Part shown: in pieces, positions 37,308 through 51,174 of the stretch
Layout: each line of letters opens with the position of its first letter
Numbering within the stretch: the stretch's first letter is position 1
NCBI RefSeq assembly: GCF_963921235.1
Contig: NC_086108.1
Coordinates: forward strand, 107,200,001 to 107,264,000
DNA: 64,000 nt
From: Mobula hypostoma
Taxonomy: Eukaryota
Direction: 5' to 3'
Position numbers and translations under genes: made by a program
The notes under the pieces: model-generated
Database searches by the model: none
What the model saw: only the letters and a program-made list of their open reading frames with translations
Told to the model about the DNA's origin: nothing

Positions 37308-39544
37308 TATCAATATGGTCGCCATGATTCGACGATGACTCGATGGTACTTAACAACAACAATATAAGGAGTAAAAGAGAGGCAAGAGTGGGTACTGGAC
37401 CACTGGAAAATGATGCTGGAGAGGTGTTGATGGGGGACTAAGAAATGGCAGACAAACTTAATACATTTTTTGTATCAGTCTTCACTGTGGAAGACACTAG
37501 TAGTAAGCCAGAAATTCGAGCATGTCAGCGGGGAAAAGTGAGCGTTGTTGCTATTACAAAGGAGAAGGTGCTTGGGAACCTGAAAGGGTTGAGTATAGAT
37601 AAGTCACCTGGACCAGATGGACTACACTGCAGGGTTCTGAAAGAGGTAGCTGAAGAGATTCTGGAATACTTCCTCATTGCTGCATAAAATAGGTTCTTCT
37701 TCCCCACCATCAGCGGAACTGCTGTGTGAGACCATAAGACATAGAAGCAGAAGGTCAAGAGAAATGGCAGCCCAGTCTGGAGACTTGGGAGCCTGTCCTG
37801 GGGTTTGATTACTGCCCATGTGAGTGTGAGGCTGGGACGGAGGAAAGGAGTTTGTTTCACTGTCGTTTTGTTTCTCATTCTGTTCTGCATTGTTCTGCCG
37901 AGCATTGCAAGCATGCTATGTTGGCACCGGAATGTGTGGTAACATTTGCAGGCTGCCTCCAGCACATCCTTAATAGTACTGGTTAATGCAAACGACTCAT
38001 TTAGAGTCATAGAAAATTACAGCAATGAAACAGGCCCTTCGACCCATCTAGTCTGTGCTGAACCATTAACCTGCACCTGGACCATAGCCCTTCATTCCCC
38101 TCCCAACCATGTACCTATCTAAACTCCTCTTAAACATTGGAATCAAAGTCAGATCCACCACTTCTACTGGTAGCTCGCTTTGATGTACGTGTGATTTCAC
38201 TGTATGTTTCAAGTACATGTGATAAATAAATTTGAATCTTAGTGCAAAGAATTGCTGAGGAATATTGTACCTTGCTACAGAGAACAGCAGAGCTAAAGAC
38301 CAATGCAATAAACGTGTCTGTGCAAGACTGCGCGATGCAGGACATTATGTTAATTCTGAATGTCCAGCATCTGCAAAATCTCTTGCATTTGTGTAGGTGA
38401 ATAACAGGAGAGCATAAATTAACAACAATTGATAAACTGGTTTATTATTGCCACATGTACCAAGGAGTTAATACCACCAATCTCTTACGTCTTGGAGAAT
38501 GTGTTCCCCAACTGCAAGCACGATTGGTTCCAGAACGCTCAAAAACCCCACCTAACAAAAATCTATCACTCTTACTCCTGACACTCTCAATTCATCTTTT
38601 GAGAGAGCAGGTTTCACATATCTATCAGGCAACACAATAACAGAGCTGTTAGGGTATTAATTCCAGCCGCTGTCTGTAAGAGTTTGTCCATTCTCCCCAT
38701 GTTCCCCAGAGTCCTCTCACATCCCAAAGACATACAGGTAGGTCGGCTAATTTGTCACATTGTCTCATTGGGTGGCGCAGGCCTGTTACAGAACGCGTGT
38801 CAGGTTTACTATTGCTGGATACGGTGTGAAATTTGTTGTTATGCGGCAGCAGTACAGAACAAAACGTAATAAAAGCAAACTATAAATTACACTAACTCTG
38901 CAAAAATGGTATCAATTCCATCATACAAAGTGAAAAGAAGTAGTTCCAATACTGGGTCCTATGGAGCACCGTTAGCCAATGACACCCAACCAGAAATAGC
39001 CCCCCTTTTCCCCACACTTTGCCTCCTGCTTGTCAGCCAAACCTGTATTCATGCTACTATCTTTCCTTTAACACCATGGGCTCTGGTTTTCTGGTATCAG
39101 ACAGCTGTTTTGCTGCTGATGGTGGGGAGGAACAGTGATGAGGGAGTGTTTCAATAAATGCAGAAACAGCTTGGAAGGCAAGTGACAGTATTATGTACTG
39201 GTGCCAATGTTGGCTTTAATGGGTAAAGCCTAAATCCCATGTTTGAATACGAAAAAATTGGTATGATTCAAGGAATGCCATTAAGTAAAGATGAAATTTG
39301 CTTTACTTATTCTTTGTAAAGCCAGAGCACAAATAACTATTATTCAAACCCTGCAAGCATGCAAATACCTAAATGTGAATTTCAGCAAGTATTTATAACT
39401 TGAACATAGAATGGACGGGGACAAACTCACAGGTAATCACAGAGAAGGAAGTTTGAAAAGAGCCTGGATAACTTCTCATACACTTCTAACTCTGAACAGA
39501 ATCAGAATAAGAATCAGATTTTTTTTATCACTGTTATAGGACGC

Positions 39545-39825
39545 AAATGTAGGGTAGTGGTTAGCACAATGCTTCACAGTACAGGTAACCCAAGTTCAAC
39601 TCCTGGTGCTGCCTGTAAGGAGTTTGTACGTTTTCCCCGAGACTGCGTGGGTTTCCTCCGGGTGCTCTGGTTTCCTCCCACAGTCCAAAGACGTACAGGT
39701 TGGTAGGTTAATTGGTCATTGTAAATTGTCTCGAGATCAGGCTAGGATGGTGCTTGGGGGATTGCTGGAGGGTTAACTCAGAGAGTCGGAAGGGCCTGTT
39801 CTGTGTTGCATCTCAATAAGTAAAT
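39545..39825 (+). mobile_element. tRNA-derived V-SINE (HE1-like), well preserved
   Basis: gtagtggttagcac A box, gttcaactcc B box, V-domain gcgtgggtttcctccgggtgctctggtttcctcccacagtccaaagacgt. Confidence 0.85.
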
Positions 39826-40963
39826 GTGGAACAAAAAATTACTAAAATAAATAAACTGAAAGAGGAATGATGAGATAGTGTTTATGGGTTCACGGAACAT
39901 TCAGAAATTTGATGGCGGAGGTGAAGAAGTTGTTCCAGATTCATTGAGTGTGGGTTATCATGCTCCTGTACCACCTCCCTGAAGGCAGTAATGAAAAGAG
40001 GGCAAGTCCTGGATGGCGAGGGTCTTCAATAATAGATGCTACCTTCCGAAGGCACTGCATCTTGAAGATGCCCTCACTGCTGGGCACAGTCTGTGCCCAC
40101 GATGGAAACGCTCCATACAGGCCTCTGCAGCCTCCTGTGATGCTGGGCTCTGGAGCTTTTGAGCAGGCTGTGATGCAACCAGCCAGTATGCTCTCCAGTG
40201 TACCTCTGAAAAAGTTTGCGAGACATAGCAGATCTCCTCATGCTCCAAATGAGGTGAGAATCCCAGGTGTCACCCTTATCAGCTGCCGGTTTGTACTCCT
40301 TCCCTTCATCTCCCACCTGCTTATTCTGTGAAGGATCTCAGCTCAAAACGTTGAGTGTTGATTCTCCTATGTAGAAGCTGCATGACCTGCTGAGTTTCTC
40401 CAGCACTTTGTGCATGTGAGGCCTCCGGCGGTCAGGGTCGATCATGGCTGCTGCATCCTAGCTGTCTAGTTGCACAAGCCTGGGAGTACAATATCGAAAG
40501 CAAGCTGCTGACCCTGTGTGTGTTACTCAAGATTTCCAGCATCTGCAGAATCTGTTGTGTTTCTGAACTCAAGAAAATAAGTTTGTTCATCAGCTAATGG
40601 GAACAGATTTCTCTGTGATCTAAACATTTAATAATCTTTAATGCTTCTATCAGCAGGGGTGATAATGAGGTAATAGTCTTCCCACCTGATACTTGTATCC
40701 AAAACAGAATAAAAGGTAATAAATCTAACCTGATGAAGTTATATAAAATCATGAGGACTGTAGACAGCATTAAAGAATGTAGTCTTTTTCCCAGAGAGGG
40801 GGTACTAAAAAGAAGGGGGTATCATAGATGAGAGATTTAAAAGACCGTCAGGAACAATCTCTTCATGCAAAGGGTGGTGAGTACTTCGAATGAGCTGCCA
40901 GAAATAGTGATTGAGGTGGACACATTGGCAATATTTCTATCTAGATAAGTAGGTCATCCATCG

Positions 40964-42524
40964 AAATATAGAAATATAGAAAATAGGTGCAGGAGTAGGC
41001 CATTCGGCCCTTCGAGCCTGCACTGCCATTCAGTATGATCATGGCTGATCATCCAACTCAGAACCCCGCCCCAGCCTTCCCTCCATACCACCTGATTCCT
41101 TTAGCCACAAGGGCCATATCTAACTCCCTCTTAAATATAGTCAATGAACTGGCCTCAACTGTTTCCTGTGACAGAGAATTCCACAGATTCACCACTCTCT
41201 GTGTGAAGAAGTTTTTCCTCATCTCGGTCCTAAAAGGCTTCCCCTTTATCCTTAAACTGTGACCCCTCCTTCTGGACTTCCCCAAGATCGGGAACAATCT
41301 TCCTGCATCTAGCCTGTCCAATCCCTTTAGAATTTTATACGTTTCAATAAGATCCCCCCTCAATCTTCTAAATTCCAGCGAGTATAAGCCTAGTCGATCC
41401 AGTCTTTCATCATATGAAAGTCCTGCCATCCCAGGAATCTAACTGGTGAACCTTCTTTGTACTCCCTCTATAGCAGGAATATCTTTCCTCAGATTAGGGG
41501 ACCAAAACTGCACACAATACTCCAGGTGTGGTCTCACCAAGGCCTTGTACAACTGCAGTAGTACCTCCCTGCTCCTGTACTCGAATCCTCTCGCTATAAA
41601 TGCCAGCATACCATTCGCCTTTTTCACCACCTGCTGTACCTGCATCCCCACTTTCAATGACTGGTGTACAATGACACCCAGGTCTCGTTGCACCTCCCCT
41701 TTTCCTAATCGGCCACCATTCAGATAATAATCTGTTTTCCTGTTCTTGCCACCAAAGTGGATAACCTCACATTTATCCACATTAAATTGCATCTGCCATG
41801 AATTTGCCCACTCATCTAACCTATCCAAGTTACCCTGCATCCTCTTAGCATCCTCCTCACAGCTAACACTGCCACCCAGCTTCGTGTCATCCGCAAACTT
41901 GGAGATGCTGCATTTAATTCCCTCGTCTAAGTCATTAATATATATTTAAACAACTGGGGTCCCAGCACTGAGCCTTGCGGTACCCCACTAGTCACTGCCT
42001 GCCATTCTGAAAAGGTCCTGTTTATTCCCACTCTTCGCTTCCTGTCTGCCAACTAATTCTCTATCCACATCAATACGTTACCCCCAATACCGTGTGCTTT
42101 AAGTTTGCACACTAATCTCCTGTGTGGGACCTTGTCAAAAGCCTTTTGATAATCCAAATATACCACATCCACTGGTTCTCCCCTATCCACTCTACTAGTT
42201 ACATCCTCAAAAAATTCTATGAGATTCGTCAGATATGATTTTCCTTTCACAAATCCATGCTGACTTTGTCCGATCATTTCACCGCTTTCCAAATGTGCTG
42301 TTATCACATCTTTGATAACTGACTCTAGCATTTTCCCCACCACCGATGTCAGGCTAACCAGTCTATAATTCCTTGGTTTCTCTCTCCCTCCTTTTTTAAA
42401 AAGTGGGGTTACATTAGCCACCCTTCAATCCTCAGGAACTAATCCAGAATCTAAAGAGTTTTGAAAAATTATCACTAATGCATCCACTATTTCTTGGGCT
42501 ACTTCCTTAAGCACTCTGGGATGC
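40964..42524 (-). mobile_element. Young 5'-truncated CR1 (RT region) with a few stops
   Basis: ORFs 42053-42421, 41439-41840 and 41058-41429 nearly identical to 34399-35682. Confidence 0.94.
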
Positions 42525-42526
42525 AT

Positions 42527-42863
42527 GAGGACCACAAGCTTTGTCATGAGGTTTGGAGGTTTGCTTGCTTCAACGATCCAGAAAGCCACATTAGCTGGAG
42601 TCAGGGCTTTACGCTTTGGCTCTTGGTAGGGTCACCCATGCCAAACAGGTCAAAGGGTAGAGGCCAGACTAAGAGTGGTCCACCAGTCCTCCAGGTCCAG
42701 GGGTTCAGCTCAGGGCTAACAACCCTGACTGATAAAACAAAATTGTTACGGAAACAGCAGTGAAGAATCCTTCTACATCTGAGTGCGATGGCATGGACAG
42801 ACAAAGACAGAGGACTTTCATTGCTGCCCTAAACACCAGCAGCGTAAAGGGCAGTAAGTAAGT
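42527..42863 (+). mobile_element. Bipartite non-autonomous RTE element (5' leader fused to 3' end)
   Basis: RTE-type leader tcagggctaacaaccctga...ttgttacggaa; 3' ttcattgctgcccta and (taag)n tail. Confidence 0.7.
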
Positions 42864-44857
42864 TATGGATCAAAGTCAAAGTAAATTTATTATCAAAGTA
42901 CGTATGTGTTACCTTATGCTACCTTGAGATTCATTTACTTCCAAACGTTTATAGGAAAGTTTAAAAATACAATAGTATTTACAAAAAACTATACACAAGT
43001 AAAGACCAATGCACAAAAGAGGACAGGTTTAAAGGTTCAAAGATTCATTTAATATCAAAGTATACAATTCTGAAATTCTTCTTCTCCAGATAGCCACGAA
43101 ACCAGGGAAGAAAAGAAAGGCAGCACGATCATCAGCCCCCAAATCGCTCCCCTCCGCACAAAAAAAAACAAGACAGAAAGACACATAGACCCCTAAATTC
43201 CCTCTATCCCGCAAACAAAAAAATCCAGAAAGATTGGGTGAAAAACACAGAATATAAAAAATAACAGGAATGGGAAAAAAGTCAATCGTCCAAGCCCATA
43301 TTGAAAATTCAGGAAACCTGGATAACATTCTCCATGCATAGTGGCAGGCCTTTCAGTCTCAGACAGCAGAGCGACCCCACCAGTGATCAAAAGGCAGTCT
43401 CCCCTCTCCAGTAGCAGATCGGTTCGCAGCTCTGCTCAATGATTGTGCAAATAGAAAACAGTAATACTGAGAATATGAGTTGTAGAGTTTTTGAAAGTGA
43501 AATCAGTTCAGAATTGAGGTGAGTGAAGTTATTCAAACTTGTTCTGGAGTCTGATAGTCAAAGGATAATAACTATTCCTGAACCTTGTGCCATGGGATCT
43601 AAGGTTCCTGTAGTTCCTTCCTGATAGGATTGGGATGCAAAAGATTGCTCCTCTTTATTATAAGGGTGGAGTATAAAAGAATGGAAAGTCAAAGTCAAGT
43701 TTATTGTCAAGTGTATAAGAACATACGTGCAGATTTTCTCTTGTTTGTGATTTAAGTACATATGTAGGGCAGCTTTTATCATAACAGCTAGCGTAATGTT
43801 AATGCATCACAAGCTGTAAGATCAGGGTTCAATTCCTGCTGCTGTCTGTAAGGAGTTTGTACATTCTCCCTGTGACTGTGTGGGTTTCCTACCACATTTC
43901 AAAGACGTACAAAGAGTGTTAGTAAACTGTGGGTATGCTACGTTGGAACCAGAAGGGTGCCCAGCACAGCCCTTGCTGATGTGAGCTGATGCAGATGATG
44001 CATGTCACTGTGCATTTCCGTCCATATTCGACCAAATAACACTAACCTTTAAGATCTTTTATCTTCACATGTGTGCATAGCTGCAACGAGAATCTTACTT
44101 GCATCAGCATCTGGAGTACATAGCATCATATTACTGCATAGGTCCGGATACATGAGTAAAGGTTGCTGGAGAGATCACACCATGGAGAACTGCAGAGGGC
44201 ACAGTTCTTCTCTTTTTGGGGGAGTTTATAGTTAAGCAATTTTTTGAGGGCTACTCATGCAAATAGGAAACATCCCAAGGGATTCATCGTCACAGAAATT
44301 CCAAATCCGCTTCAACGGTTGGGCTCCTCGAGGCAGGATTCTGATTTCCCGTGTCTTGAAATGAGAAATCCTAATGCTGGAGATATGCTCTATCTGACCC
44401 ACTCACGGAGCTGGCCGTAACATTGCTTTCCATACACTGTTAGGGCCTGAGAGCCAGAGACATGTTCATCTCATTTACACTTCCTGAATTAATTGAAATA
44501 ACCAATATGTTTGAATGCAAAACTGCTTTGAACTCTTTTCCATTGTTTTAGTTACATATTTTTCTAAATGTTTAATGACACTAAATAACATGATTATTTT
44601 CTGGTAGTTTTTGAAATGGTTGCGACTGGAGATAGCACACGAAGATTCCAAAAACCAGTTCCTCCTGGTATGGTAGGGAAATGGGTGGTAGGGTGGGGGT
44701 ACGCTTCTACCAAAGGAGGTGTAGGGTGTGGCTTCCCTCCACTAGCCTGCAGGTCACTCTTGAGCAATGTGTAGCACCTGCTTAGCACCCACCACTCACC
44801 TTCAGTCAGGGTCACATGATCCATGGGAGCATGTTTTGGATGAGTAGCTGGCGCATG

Positions 44858-46245
44858 TAAGACCATAAGATATAAGACGAGAACTAGGTCATTTAGCCCA
44901 TTGGCTCTGTTCTGCCATCTCATTATGACTGATCCAATTTTCCTCTCAGCTCCAATCTCCTACCTTCTCCCTGTATCACATCATGCCCTGACCAATCATA
45001 CATAAACATACATAAAGCCTCCACAGCTGATTGCGGCAAAGAATTCCACTGATTCACTACACTGTGGCTAAAGAAATTCCTCCTCGTCTCTGTTATAAAA
45101 GGACACCCCTCTATTCTGAAACTGTGTCCTCTGGTCTTAGACAATCCCACCAGAGGAATCCTCTCCACATCTACTCTATCAAGGCCTTTCACCATTTGAT
45201 AGGTTTCAATGAGGTTACCCCTCCTTCTGAATTCTTGTGAATACAGGCCTAGAGTAATCAGTTGCTCTTCATATGACAAGCCATTCAATCCTGAAATTCT
45301 TTTTGTGACCCTCCTGTGAACCCCCTCCTGTTTTAGCATATCCTCTCTAACATAAAGTGCCCAAACTTGTTCACAATACTCCAACTGAGGCCTCATCAGT
45401 GCTTTATAAAATTTCAACGTTATGTTCCTGCTTTTATGTTCTAGACCTCTTGAAACGAATGCTAAAAATGCACTTGCCTTCCTCACCACAGACTCAGCCT
45501 GCAAATTAACCATTACGGATTCATGCATAAGCACACTCAAGTCCCTTTGTATCTCAGTTTTTTGTATTTTCTCTCCATTTAGAAAATAGTCAACCCTTTC
45601 ATTTCTTCTATCAAAGTGCATGACCATACACTTCTCGACACTGTATTCCATCTGCCAGTCCTTTGCTCATTCTCCAAATCTCTGTCCTTCTGTAGCCTCT
45701 CTGCTTCCTCAAAACTACCTGCCCTCGATCTATCTTCATATCACCTGCAAGCTTTGCAAAAAGGCCATCAATTCCATCATCCACATCATTGACATATAAC
45801 GTAAAAAGAATTTGTACCAACACAGACCCCTGTGCAAGGCCACAAGTCATCAGCAACCAACCAGAAAAGGTTCCATTTATCCCCACTCTGCCTCCTGCCA
45901 GTCAGCCACTGATTTATCCATGCTAGAGTCTTCCTGTCATACCATGGGCTCATCGCTTGTAAAGCAGCCTCATGTGTGGCACCTTATGTGACCTTCTGAA
46001 AATCCAAGTACCAATTCTGCTTTGTCTGTTGTTAGTTCTTCAAAGATTTCCAACAGATTTCCCAGGCAAAATTTTTGCTTGAGGAAACCATGCTGACCAT
46101 AGCCCATTTTATCATGTGCCTCCAAGTACACTGAAATCTCATCCTTAGCAATCGACTCCAAAATCATCCCAACCACTGAGGTCAGACTAACTGGCCTATA
46201 GTGTCCTTTCCTCTGCCTGTCTCCCTTCTTGAAGAGTGGAGTGGC
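44858..46245 (-). mobile_element. Decayed CR1 ORF2 RT fragment and tail
   Basis: ORFs 44923-45651, 45611-45886 and 45970-46176. Confidence 0.88.
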
Positions 46246-46322
46246 CCAGGTTTACATATCTACCTTCAAACCTAGTTTTGCAAGAACTCTCTCTCTGTTT
46301 ATGGTAACTTCACACAATTCAT

Positions 46323-47300
46323 GCCATAAGACGAGAAGACTATAAGAAAGAGGAGCAGAATTAGGCCATTCAGCCCATTGGGTCTGTTCCACCATTCCAA
46401 CATGCAGATCCTGGATCTCACTCAACCCCATACGTACCCTGACCAATCAGGAAATGATCAATTTCTGCCTTAAGTATTCCCACGGATTTGGCCTCTACTG
46501 CAGTCTGTGACAGAGCATTCCACAGAGTTACTACTTTCTGGGTAAAAAAAAAAATCTCCTGACCTCTGTTCTAAAGGGTCGCTCCTCAAATTTGAGGTTG
46601 TGCCCTCCAGTTCTGGATACCACCACTATAGGAAACATCCTCTCCACATCCACCCTATCTAGTCCTTTCAACGTTCAGTAGGTTTCAATGAGATCCCCCA
46701 GCGTTCTTCTACTTTCCGGTTAGTACAGGCCCAAAGCTCCCAAACTCTCCTCATATGTTAACCCCTTCATTCCTTGAATCATCCTCGTGAACCTCCTCTG
46801 GACTTTCTGCAATGACAACACATGCTTTCTGAGATATCGGACCCAAAACTGTTGACAATACTCCAAGTGCAGGCTGATTAGTGTCTTATAAAGGTTTAGC
46901 ATTATCTTCTTGCTTTTATATTCTATTCCCCTTGAATTATATGTCAACATTGCATTTGCCTTCTTTACCACAGGTTCAATCTGTAAATTCAAGTTCTGGG
47001 AGTTTTGCACAAGGACTCCCAAGTCCCTTTACGGCTCTGATGTTTGAACCTTCTCCCCATTTAGATAACATTCCGCACTATTATTCCTTTTACCGAAATT
47101 TATTATCATACACTTCATAGAAACATAGAACACAAAACCTGCAGCACAACACAGGCCCTTTAGCCCACAAAGCTGTGCCGAACATGTCCTTACCTTAGAA
47201 ATTATCTCGGGTTACCCATAACCCTCTATTTTTCTGAGCTCCATGTACCTGTCCAGGAGTCTATTAAAGGACCCTATGGTATCCGCCTCCCCCACCGGCC
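46323..47300 (-). mobile_element. Two adjacent CR1 3' fragments (about 46323-47115 and 47116-47300)
   Basis: VKKANAML..YKTLISLHLEYCQQFW; tails ccataagac and catagaaacatagaa. Confidence 0.8.
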
Positions 47301-47979
47301 CAGACTCAACTCAAGCCCCCAGATTCACCAACTCCAGTCCCTAGCCCAGACTTGCAGTGAAAAACTACTTAACACGATATCCATATCGATCAATTCATTG
47401 CAACAGTGCACTGAGGTAAGAATGACTCAGTGACCTGAAAGAGCACCGCACTAAAGCCTACCACAATCCAGAGCACAGCAAAATACCATTTCCCCTCATA
47501 ACCTGAGCTATGTCTTGTTCCTCAAACTTTGAAGCTCACATCAAGTTTCAAGTTGGAGGCCTAAACGGGCAGGAGTGATGATGGCCTGTTCGCCCTCCCC
47601 TGCTCACCAGAATCGGTGTTCTTTGCAAGCCCAGAATTCGAGACCTAAAGGTTAAAATCCTGATTGTCAAGTCCTGGAATTGAGACCGGAGGATCAATCC
47701 ATGAGGAGTCTGGGAGTCGAAGGTCAAGCCCATGATCAGCTAGCCATGGGGCCGATACTCAGACGTTGGCGGCTTCTGGAGGACAAAGCCTCAGGATGAG
47801 GTCCAAATCTCCACAGGTCTGCAGGTTAAAGTTCAAAAACCAAAGTCTGTGAGTGTGGAGATAGAGGTTGAGTTTGCCAGTCCAGGCCAGGGACTGGAGG
47901 TTACAGGCCTGATGTCTGTGAATCTAAGAGTCTGAGCCAAGGACCAAAGGCCCGGAAATGGCCTGTACTGAGGTTGAAG

Positions 47980-48042
<63 letters not shown>
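47980..48042. repeat. Compound microsatellite, about (GT)8(GA)23
   Basis: Directly visible. Confidence 0.95.
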
Positions 48043-48044
<2 letters not shown>

Positions 48045-50709
48045 TGGGTTGGGTGGGTGGGAGGGTGGGAAATTGCTCTTTGCTGTTGACTTGTTTTGTT
48101 CTGTTGTTATTGCTGCTGTTTGGTGTTGTCATCTTGCTACCTTGGCAATGGAACGTGTGGTGACACTTGTGTGCTATCCCCAGCACACCCTTGGGTGTGT
48201 TAGTTATTAACGCGAACGGCGCATTTCACTGTGTGTTTCAATGTACGTGAGAAATAAACGCGAATCTGTCAGGAGAGCTGTTTTCCTTTTTCTGCACTGG
48301 GAACTGTGAATCTGAAAAGGTATTTAAATTTTCTACCTTGCTATTGAGCCTTGGAGCTAAATATTCATGCATCTCTCTGTCTCTCTCTTTTCCTATCTCT
48401 TAGCTCTCTCTGGTGAACAAGGCAGTGTTGGGGCCAAGCTGCCCGTATGAATTTAATACTTAATCCCCATTTAAGAGGATTTTCAATGATGATGAACAGT
48501 CATGTCTGGAGAGACAGAGTATGCATTTGGAATAAAGTGGAATATTAACCCTCTCTGCTGCCTTTCTTCAATAATCTCCAGTAAAACTGAATTTGACAAT
48601 CAGAAAATCAAGGGAAGTTTGTTTTGTTCTTCAGGGCTTTGAAGGATGTGGTGCTGGTGAAAATGCCCAACAAATCTCCGGCATGAGATTGATTTATTTA
48701 TTCAGAGATACAGCGCAGAACAGGGCCTCCGAGCCCAACGAGGGCATTGCCCAGTAACCCACCTGTTTAACCCGAGCCGAGTCACAGGACAATTTACAAT
48801 GACCAAGTAATGTCTTTGGAACGTGGAAACACCTGGAGGAAACGTGGGCTCGTGGTAAAGACGTACAAACTTCTTACAGACAGCGCCCGAACTGAACTGT
48901 GAACTCCGACGCCCCAAGCTGTAATCGTGTTACACTCACCAGTACATTACTGTGGCTCCCCAGTGATCATTCAGGTTCACGCTGATGCTTCAAACCATGA
49001 TGCCCTAAGTCAAGATTCAAGATTCAAAGATGAAAGTACATTTACTATCAACGTGTGTATGCAGTGTAAAACCCTGTGATTCATCTTCCCACAGTCAGGC
49101 ACAAAGAAAACCATTGAACCCGTTCAAAGGAAAACATCAACCTTCCCCCCCCCTTCGCCCCCAATGTGCAAAAAAGAAACAAATCACACAAACGGCAAAA
49201 AAATGAGCCAAAAATAAACAGAATATAAAACACAAAATTGAAAGAGTCCAGGCATATTCAGTTCAGCTCAGTTCTAGTCCAATCTAGCACTGTCTTATTC
49301 ATTACCTGCAGAGGCTGCCCTGATGAAAATCACACAAAACAGCAACTATGAAAAGGAGAGACCAGAATCCAGAGACACATCGTAACATGAATGACGACGT
49401 CTAATCCACAAACCGCTGAGATTAAACCTCGCCCAAGACCCGGGACTCTGGCAGCATCAGGGGAGAGAGAGACCATATGACCACAGGGATCTTCTTCCAG
49501 GAGCAGCAAGTAAGACTGGTCACACACAGACACCTCCATTCAGCAGCAGTGAGGGAGAGGATGGTAGACAGCACTGAACACTCACTCACCTTCCTTAAAG
49601 GATTAAGGATCAGCTCCATTCCCCATATACAGCTACATTCATTTGGAATTTGCATTGGTAAGGCACGACATGCAACAAAAACAACAACATTCAATAATTA
49701 CAAAGAACAAGATTAAAATAAAGTTAGAGGTTAAGGTAGGGATATGGAATAGATTAGATTAGATTGTTTTTTGTGTTCTATGTTTAATGTTCACCGGGGG
49801 CAAACCCATGCAGTTACAGGAAAAGCACGCAGAGTCCATATGCCAGATTTCAGAATTGAACCCATGTCTCTGGCACTGTGAGATGGAAACTCTGTCAGCT
49901 CTGCCACAGTCCCATGCTTTGATTTTACTATAACTTAGGGCAAGCTTTGTTTTTACTATAACTAGGGCAAGCGGTCTAGAATGTGCTTAGTTTGTGCTGC
50001 CACTCTAGTGGAGATCTTCTGGGGTTTCTAGTCACACCTCCCCCTTTCATACAATATTTTTCAAACCTTCACCAGTCCTTACATGAAAACAATTTTCTCA
50101 TATCCTCCCCTCAATGAATCACCCTCAATCTCTACCTTCACTTTATTGACAGGGAACTATGCTCTTCCTATTCTCCCTGCTCATAAATTTACATGCTTTG
50201 ATGAAACCGCCCCGCGGCGTCCTCTGTTCAAAGCAAACAACCCCAAACTATCTGATCTTTCCTCGCAACTTAACTCCTCCAGCACAGGCAACTTACCCAT
50301 AAATCTTATCCAAATGCATGACAATCAGAACTGTTTGTAATAGAGTTGGAGTTATTTCACATTTTTCATTAACGTCCTCGTGTGCCCTATGTTACTTTTC
50401 TAAACTTTGTCTTCATTTTAATCCGAATTGGTTTTACTTTCTGTTATATTCTCACATTGTCTCTGATACAAATTCCCTCAGCTATGCCAAAGAATGACTC
50501 TTGAAATTCCCCTGTTTCAGTCCATATTCATCTCCTTAAATAGTTCTTTCCATTTTCATTCCTTTCAGACAGGAATTCATTTCAAGATCTGGTTGCCTGA
50601 AATATGGTCTCCTGAAACGTTATTACCTGTTTTGTCCTCTTTTCAACCTCAAAATTAATAACTTTGTGATTTGCCAGACCCCCAAATGTTCTCTTTCTTT
50701 ACTGTGGTT

Positions 50710-51000
50710 TAAAATATCTTGCCTCATTATAAATGCAAGAGATTCTGCAGATGCTGGGAACCTGAGCAATGCACACAAAATGCTGAAGGAACTCTGCAGG
50801 TCAGGCAGCATCTATGGAGTTGATGTTTCAGAACAAGACCTTTCATCAAGACTGGAAAGGAAGGGGAAAGAGGAGAAGCTAGAAGGCGACAGATGAAACC
50901 GGGTGAGAGGGAAGATAGGAGCTTGGAGTGGGGGATGAAGTGAGAAGCTGGGAGGTGATAGGTGGAAAAGGTAAAGGACAGGAGAAGAAGGAATCTGACC
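50710..51000 (-). mobile_element. Old PLE 3' fragment with degenerate hammerhead
   Basis: ctgcagatgctgg..cacaaaatgctg tail; minus strand agtcTTGATGAaagg..GAAACATC. Confidence 0.7.
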
Positions 51001-51174
51001 TCATAAGTTTGGGGCTTTTCCAATACTGCTCCTTTTCCTTCTAAGGCCCTCAGCTGCAGGTGAAGATAGTAATTCAAAATACCCCCCTTAAAACATAGAA
51101 TATTGAACACTACAGCACAGTACAGGCCCTTCAGCCCATGATATTGTGCCAAATTTTTAATCTACTCTAAAATC

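Larger units (their letters stand above)
36380..37362 (+). mobile_element. RTE/BovB-like LINE 3' fragment, split by a PLE
   Basis: RTNKAIFNEIKPNSSLEAQMTRLCLSYFG and SLEKDVML resemble the BovB ORF C-terminus; (caa)n tail at about 37352-37362. Confidence 0.75.
33642..37665 (+). mobile_element. Old CR1 (endonuclease and early ORF2) in pieces (about 33642-34406, 35779-36235, 37363-37665), hosting CR1, RTE and PLE insertions
   Basis: SLQNKIDVLVAQLEIGRYDVSITELWL, WIELRNCKG, QPWLTREIK, DKSPGPDGLH. Confidence 0.8.

Noticed and set aside
49923..49972. Short direct repeat ttttactataac(t)tagggcaagc x2
   Set aside because: Simple local tandem duplication with nothing inserted; no evidence of function
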